Origin: Thermoproteota archaeon | GTDB taxonomy: Archaea; Thermoproteota; Thermoprotei; Gearchaeales; Gearchaeaceae | NCBI GenBank assembly: GCA_021324265.1 | Contig: JAJPJK010000008.1 | Span: 33,041 to 97,040 of the forward strand | Length of the DNA: 64,000 nucleotides | Direction of reading: 5' to 3' | Shown: positions 58,843-64,000 of the stretch, one piece after another | Layout: every line of letters begins with the position of its first letter | Numbering within the stretch: position 1 is the stretch's first letter | Program-made: the position numbers and the translations under genes | The notes under the pieces: model-generated | Told to the model about the DNA's origin: nothing | What the model saw: only the letters and a program-made list of their open reading frames with translations | Databases searched by the model: none

Positions 58843-60593
58843 TTCTTAACTACCTCAATTGCTCTCTCATAAACATCAATCGGCGTAATAGGTTCACCGT
58901 CATACCTCAGCACTTTATTTTCTATATTTATACCTGTGAACATTCTAATTAATCTTCCTACTTGCGAGGTATAATTGCTCTCGACGATCATTGTTCGCTT
59001 CGCATTGCTAAGTATTTCCGATATTTCCTTAGCATGCATTGGATAAAGATATTTAAGCTCTAACGAATTAGCAACGATACCGTTTTCCTCGAGCATCTTT
59101 ATCGCTTCTTTAACAGTAAAACATGTAGAGCCCCAGCTTACGATAGTAAGATCTGCATCCTCAGGGCCTTGAAGTCTAGGTGCTGGCAGTTCTTTTATCA
59201 AATATTCTAGCTTCCTCATCCTCTTTTCCATCATTGCTTTCCTTATCTTAAGCATTGAAGGAAGACCTGCTAATACATCACTGACTAGATTGCCCTTCTC
59301 ATCATGTTCATCACTCGCAGCAACATGCATATAGCCAGCAGTGCCTGGAAGAGCTCTCGGCGATACTCCGTTTTCTGTTATCATGTATCTTTTGTAATCT
59401 TTTATTTCTCCTTCTTTAACTATCCATCCTCTATCAATTTTTACATCTAGATTTATTTCATCAGGATCCAGTGTTTCGATGCGCTCAGACAGATATAAGT
59501 CAAGTAAAATGATTACAGGCAATTGGTAACGCTCAGCAATATTGAAGGCTTCTATGGCTGTGTAATAACAATCTTTAACACTTGTAGGCGCAATTATTAC
59601 TTTCGGAAAATCACCTTGTCCTGCACCTAGTACTTGAAAGACATCTGCTTGTTCAGTTTTTGTAGGCAATCCTGTCGAAGGCCCTCCCCTTTGAGACTCG
59701 ACGACAACTATAGGAGTTTCTGTCATCGCTGCAAGGCCTATTGCTTCAGTCATCAAAGCGAAACCTCCGCCAGATGTGCCGCACATTGCCCTAACTCCAG
59801 CTAGTGCCGCTCCAATGGTCATGTTTATCACTGATATCTCGTCCTCAGGCTGAACAACGAGCATTTTACCTTTTGGCGCATGCTCAGCAAACCAATGCAA
59901 AATACTCGAAGCAGGTGTCATTGGGTATGCTGCATAGAACTTGCATCCAGCTCTATAAGCACCAAAGGCAAGTGCAATATTGCCTGCCATTGTTAGCCTT
60001 TTTTTCTTGGAATAGTCAAAGTTTATTGCAAGTGGAGCTAAATTGTTCTTCGCATATTCATATCCTGCCCTAGCTGCATTCAAATTCATTTCTATGATTT
60101 CCTTTGACTTATCCCCAAAGGTTTCTCTGATCTGGTTCTCAAGCGCTTCGATAGGTAGCTTTATGAGGTATGTGAAAGCACCTATTGCAACTACATTTTG
60201 GATAACGCTCAATGTTGAGAAGCGCCGGGCGATTTCTTGTAAAGGTATTTTGTATTCCAAGAACTTCTTTACCTTCTCGTTATCCCTTATCTCGAATTTC
60301 TTAGGATCGTATATAACGATACCACCCTCCTTTAGCCAAGGCATATCCTCGGTAATACCATCCTTATTGAGCGTGATGAGCACATCAAACATATCACCAA
60401 AATGAAAGAGCTTATCATTTGAAATTCTAATCTGATACCAAACATGTCCTCCTCGAATTACAGACTGATAGCCTCTAAAGGCAAAGACGTGCAAACCATT
60501 CCTTGAGCAGAGCTTGATAACCATTTCGCCAGCGGATTCAATACCATCCCCTGCAGCGCCTGCGATCCTTAAAGCCAAAGAGTTATTCATCAA
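58839..60593 (-). CDS. 2-oxoacid:ferredoxin oxidoreductase alpha subunit (fused alpha/gamma-type)
   Basis: 584 aa with POR N/transketolase-like domains, coupled to the beta subunit. Confidence 0.85.
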   Translation of the reverse strand: MMNNSLALRIAGAAGDGIESAGEMVIKLCSRNGLHVFAFRGYQSVIRGGHVWYQIRISNDKLFHFGDMFDVLITLNKDGITEDMPWLKEGGIVIYDPKKFEIRDNEKVKKFLEYKIPLQEIARRFSTLSVIQNVVAIGAFTYLIKLPIEALENQIRETFGDKSKEIIEMNLNAARAGYEYAKNNLAPLAINFDYSKKKRLTMAGNIALAFGAYRAGCKFYAAYPMTPASSILHWFAEHAPKGKMLVVQPEDEISVINMTIGAALAGVRAMCGTSGGGFALMTEAIGLAAMTETPIVVVESQRGGPSTGLPTKTEQADVFQVLGAGQGDFPKVIIAPTSVKDCYYTAIEAFNIAERYQLPVIILLDLYLSERIETLDPDEINLDVKIDRGWIVKEGEIKDYKRYMITENGVSPRALPGTAGYMHVAASDEHDEKGNLVSDVLAGLPSMLKIRKAMMEKRMRKLEYLIKELPAPRLQGPEDADLTIVSWGSTCFTVKEAIKMLEENGIVANSLELKYLYPMHAKEISEILSNAKRTMIVESNYTSQVGRLIRMFTGINIENKVLRYDGEPITPIDVYERAIEVVKK

Positions 60594-60837
60594 CGTATCT
60601 ATTTAGAAACCTATTTATATTTGTTCTGAATCCGAAACCAAGTAATTTTTCATATGTAGAAACAAGCCATGAAGGAATTTTTTTAAAAATTTTCAATTTT
60701 TTCCCAAAAAATTAGAAAAAACGAAAAGAATAAATACAAATATTTATTCATAAGCTCATGCTCGGAGATCCAATACCTGATTGGCCATATGTACCAGTTT
60801 AGATAGATTTTTATATTAATAATTAACTATTTTTCTT

Positions 60838-62010
60838 ATGCCTATTCAGGAAACGGAAAAAAGTACTTTTCGCTTAAAAGAAGATGACTTAATCATCATG
60901 AACGCCTTGGAGAAATATGGCCCAAGGATCGGTTTAATTTGGCTTAAGAAAATGCTGGAAAAGGAGAACTTCAAGGGGAGCTACAGCAAGCTCATATATA
61001 GATTTTCGAAGCTAATAAACGCGAACGCGTTGCTATTTAAAACAGTCATAGACCATAGAAAATTGGGCTTGATGTTGACTTTCTTAAATATAAGAGCGCC
61101 TATAAAGAGAATAGAACTGATTAAAAAAGCAGTCGAAATTAATAATACTGTTGTTTTCCACAGCAGAATGTATGGTGAACATAATTACACAGCGATATTT
61201 GCGATACCTGAAGATAGCTACATGGATTTCAGAGCATATACTGAGCTAATCCACGTGCTCGATGTCGAGGATCTTAATAGGCAAATTATTAAAGAGACAA
61301 TATATCCGCCAATTGGCCTTGGATGGTATGATCGACAAAGAGGCGAAATTATATGCAATTTTGATAAGTTAAAATTAGAAATCGAAGAACTGCTAGACAA
61401 GGAAAAGAGGAAGAAAAAAGAAGAAGAAAAAAGAAGCGAAGAAAAGATCATAACACCAGTTAAGCTGGATGAAATGGACTTGAAGATCTTAAAGAATTTT
61501 GAAAAAAATGCAAGAGCTTCAGTTACAGATATAGCTAAAACGCTTGATGTAGTACCGCCTTTAGTCACCTATCACTTAAATGAGCATATAAACGAATACG
61601 GCTTAATCAAAAAGTACTTTGTAGCAGTTAATCCAAAACTTTTCATAAAAGACGACGCCTACGTAGCGTTGCTCGTGAAGTTCAAAAATGATTTATGGAG
61701 CAAAGCATTCATTGAAGCTATTAAGGATAAGCTATTTATCCATGCTATAAGAATTCTCTCAGATGATTCGATTCTAATGCATATGCACTTACCTTTCAAT
61801 GGTGTCATGCCACTTGAAAGGCTTTTGTGGGAATATACAAAGGAAGATATTGTTGAAAAGTTCGAAATTAATAGGATTGATGAAACTGAATCACAATCTT
61901 ATACGCTTCCATATGAACTCTACAAGAATGGTAGATTCAACTATCCACATGAGGAAATAATGAGGAAAGTAGAGGCACTCATAAGCGCTCCTGAACAAAT
62001 CGCCAAATAG
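60838..62010 (+). CDS. Tandem-duplicated Lrp/AsnC-like transcriptional regulator (two HTH plus RAM-like repeats joined by a K/E-rich coiled-coil linker)
   Basis: Repeat 1 is DLIIMNALEKYGPRIGLIWLKKML followed by a RAM-like segment. Repeat 2 is DLKILKNFEKNARASVTDIAKTLDVVPPLVTYHL followed by a RAM-like segment. The linker is KEKRKKKEEEKRSEEK. Confidence 0.45.
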   Translation: MPIQETEKSTFRLKEDDLIIMNALEKYGPRIGLIWLKKMLEKENFKGSYSKLIYRFSKLINANALLFKTVIDHRKLGLMLTFLNIRAPIKRIELIKKAVEINNTVVFHSRMYGEHNYTAIFAIPEDSYMDFRAYTELIHVLDVEDLNRQIIKETIYPPIGLGWYDRQRGEIICNFDKLKLEIEELLDKEKRKKKEEEKRSEEKIITPVKLDEMDLKILKNFEKNARASVTDIAKTLDVVPPLVTYHLNEHINEYGLIKKYFVAVNPKLFIKDDAYVALLVKFKNDLWSKAFIEAIKDKLFIHAIRILSDDSILMHMHLPFNGVMPLERLLWEYTKEDIVEKFEINRIDETESQSYTLPYELYKNGRFNYPHEEIMRKVEALISAPEQIAK

Positions 62011-62018
62011 TTTTCTTA

Positions 62019-62459
62019 ATGGTTGGTCCTGTAGTTGCAGTAGGAGCGTTGATTAGGAACAAGAAGGGAGAAATACTGTTAGTTCAGTCTCCTAAGTGGC
62101 TAGAAAAACGATACAGCGTTCCTGGCGGCCATGTAGAGTTGAATGAACGTCTAAGCGATGCTGTGGTAAGGGAAGCAAAAGAAGAAACTGGACTTGATGT
62201 TAGGCCGATAAAGCTCTTGCTAATTCAAGAGGTCATAAATCCTGAAGAATTCTATGAAAGAGAAAGACACTTCATTTTTTTCGATTTTTTATGCGAAGCT
62301 ATGAGCGAAGATGTGAAGTTAGATAATGTTGAGCTCATAGATTACGTTTGGGTTGAGCCAAAGAAGGCACTCGATTTGAAACTTGAAAGTTATACGCGCA
62401 GGCTAGTAATGAAGTACTTGAAATATCTAGAAGGAGACAGAGAAACAGAGATCGTTTAG
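62019..62459 (+). CDS. NUDIX hydrolase
   Basis: Nudix box GGHVELNERLSDAVVREAKEETGL. Confidence 0.85.
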   Translation: MVGPVVAVGALIRNKKGEILLVQSPKWLEKRYSVPGGHVELNERLSDAVVREAKEETGLDVRPIKLLLIQEVINPEEFYERERHFIFFDFLCEAMSEDVKLDNVELIDYVWVEPKKALDLKLESYTRRLVMKYLKYLEGDRETEIV

Positions 62460-62493
62460 ATAAATTTTTCTATTGCAATGATTTAAAAAACAA

Positions 62494-63135
62494 ATGAGTC
62501 TCTTTGGCTTCATAAGTGATGTGATTATAGGCTTCATTTCTAGCTATGGATTGCTCGGTGTTTTAATTCTGATGATCCTAGAAAGTGCTTTGCTGCCCTT
62601 TCCAAGTGAAGTTATCATGCCATTTAGTGGTTTTGTAGCATATAACAAGAATGAGGGGATTTATGGATTGCTTTTATATAGCACAGCAGGCGTAATAGGC
62701 AATCTAATTGGTGCATGTATATCATACTTAATTGGTATGCTTGTAAAGAGAGAAGTTCTTGATAAATATTTAAAATATCTTTTCATTAAGAGAAGCCACC
62801 TAGATAAGGCTGAACATTGGTTTAAGAAAAATGGCTATTTAGCAGTTTTCCTAGGTAGGATGATGCCTGCGATAAGAACAGTTATCAGCCTCCCTGCAGG
62901 AATCTTTAAGCTGAATATCCCAGCTTTTCTTATATTGACAATTATCGGTAGCTTCCCATGGAACTTCGGACTTGCATATATGGGCTATCTATTAGGAGAA
63001 AAATGGAGTGTTATCTTAGATTATTCTCCATACATAGATGTAGTTATCGTGATCGCAGTTGTACTTTTCTTGCTCAATTTCTTTGAAATTTTGACAACTA
63101 AAAAACTAGCCAAGATCATTCCCATACATAAATAA
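62494..63135 (+). CDS. DedA/SNARE-associated (TVP38) family membrane protein
   Basis: DedA-type topology, with the conserved G(R/K)xxPxxR motif region FLGRMMPAIRTVISLPAG. Confidence 0.7.
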   Translation: MSLFGFISDVIIGFISSYGLLGVLILMILESALLPFPSEVIMPFSGFVAYNKNEGIYGLLLYSTAGVIGNLIGACISYLIGMLVKREVLDKYLKYLFIKRSHLDKAEHWFKKNGYLAVFLGRMMPAIRTVISLPAGIFKLNIPAFLILTIIGSFPWNFGLAYMGYLLGEKWSVILDYSPYIDVVIVIAVVLFLLNFFEILTTKKLAKIIPIHK

Positions 63136-63157
63136 GCCAAAGGAGAATATAGAAGAG

Positions 63158-64000
63158 ATGAATGGTCTGGCTCCGTTCATAATATTAGTGATTGTTTTAT
63201 CTTTTCTAACCATTTTCAATCTGCCCTTAAACGTGATATTCAACGATTCTTTACCTAAGCTACCTAATCAAATGATAGAGCTTGGTCAAATCAACGATGA
63301 TTCGAAGATAAATCTTACGATAGGACTCAAGATGCAAAACCAAAGTTACCTTGAAGCTCTCATAACGAGTGGAAAGATAGCTACCCCAATTCCTCATAGC
63401 TTATTAGAACAGTTTCTGCCAAGCAATGAAGCTTACAAAAGAGTTCTAGATTTCGTTGCTAAGGCTAATCCGTATAAGATAACTACGTTTAAGGACAGGT
63501 TGCTTATATCATTCGAAGCAAACGCTAAAAACATAGAAAATTTACTAAAGGTAAAAATATACAAAGCGTATTATAATGGATCTATTTATTATTATTCCAC
63601 CTCGCCAATATTAAGTGGAGAAATTGCACAATACATCGAGGGATTTGCAGGTCTTAACAACTTCACGCATTATAAAAACATGTTGTCAATGCAACTCGAG
63701 AACGCTGCGCTTACACCTAATGCTTTGCGCTCAATATATGGGATAAATAAACTCATAGATAAGGGCTTCAATGGTACAGGCCAAACATTAGTTATTGCAT
63801 CTGTAGGTACTTTTAGGCAAGCTGATGTAAATAGCTTCTTCAACGCCTTTAACTTACCAACAGGAAACATCGAAGTCCATCAAGTTCAGGGCACGCTACT
63901 AGCAATCGAAGCTGAAACTACAATCGATATAGAGTGGGCAAGAGCTACTGCGCCTGGAGCAAGGATTGTACTTGTTACTATATCAGATTCAAGTTTTGAT
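63158..64000 (+). CDS. Secreted sedolisin/kumamolisin-like S53 peptidase with N-terminal pro-domain (3' end off the window edge)
   Basis: Signal/TM segment, a pro-kumamolisin-like activation region, then GQTLVIASVG and the ETTIDIEWARA (E/D catalytic region) pattern. It runs open to position 64000. Confidence 0.6.
   Translation, partial: MNGLAPFIILVIVLSFLTIFNLPLNVIFNDSLPKLPNQMIELGQINDDSKINLTIGLKMQNQSYLEALITSGKIATPIPHSLLEQFLPSNEAYKRVLDFVAKANPYKITTFKDRLLISFEANAKNIENLLKVKIYKAYYNGSIYYYSTSPILSGEIAQYIEGFAGLNNFTHYKNMLSMQLENAALTPNALRSIYGINKLIDKGFNGTGQTLVIASVGTFRQADVNSFFNAFNLPTGNIEVHQVQGTLLAIEAETTIDIEWARATAPGARIVLVTISDSSFD

Noticed and set aside
1-64000. CRISPR arrays, tRNA/rRNA genes, transposase/integrase genes
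   Set aside because: No regularly spaced direct repeats. No GC-rich cloverleaf-like islands in the AT-rich intergenic regions. No ORF with DDE/tyrosine-recombinase/HUH motifs. The window appears free of these.

Overview
Protein-dense, AT-rich chromosomal segment (about 88% coding, no rRNA, tRNA or CRISPR seen) from what looks like an aerobic, probably thermoacidophilic archaeon. The gene content is Sulfolobales/Crenarchaeota-like: LysW carrier-protein arginine/lysine cluster, two-subunit 2-oxoacid:ferredoxin oxidoreductase, two-domain protein disulfide oxidoreductase plus a VKOR homologue, a degenerate family-B DNA polymerase (PolB2), family-5 UDG, and an 'archaeal ATPase'. Core metabolism is well represented (pyruvate kinase, archaeal MetE, argG/argH, heme-copper oxidase subunits I and II with heme O synthase). 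Several transporters are present (Opp/Dpp-type peptide ABC, Liv-type permeases plus substrate-binding protein, ABC-2 exporter, MFS, APC). The accessory content includes a glycosylation cluster (GT2, GT4, HtrA, polytopic membrane protein) and CoA/fatty-acid enzymes. The most unusual region is 26.5-32.3 kb. There, a two-gene module is tandemly duplicated: a cytosolic wHTH-like protein with four zinc-ribbon Cys pairs, translationally coupled to a processive membrane GT2 synthase (QxxRW, PgaC/NodC/HAS-like). A TenA-like gene sits between the copies, the region is visibly lower in GC, and a near-identical conversion tract spans the catalytic motif. This looks like an undescribed exopolysaccharide-synthase/partner system. 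A second candidate module is the degenerate PolB2, translationally coupled to a RecA/RadB-like protein that has lost both Walker motifs, followed by an Arch_ATPase. All calls rest on motif reading of the supplied ORF translations; no database searches were run.
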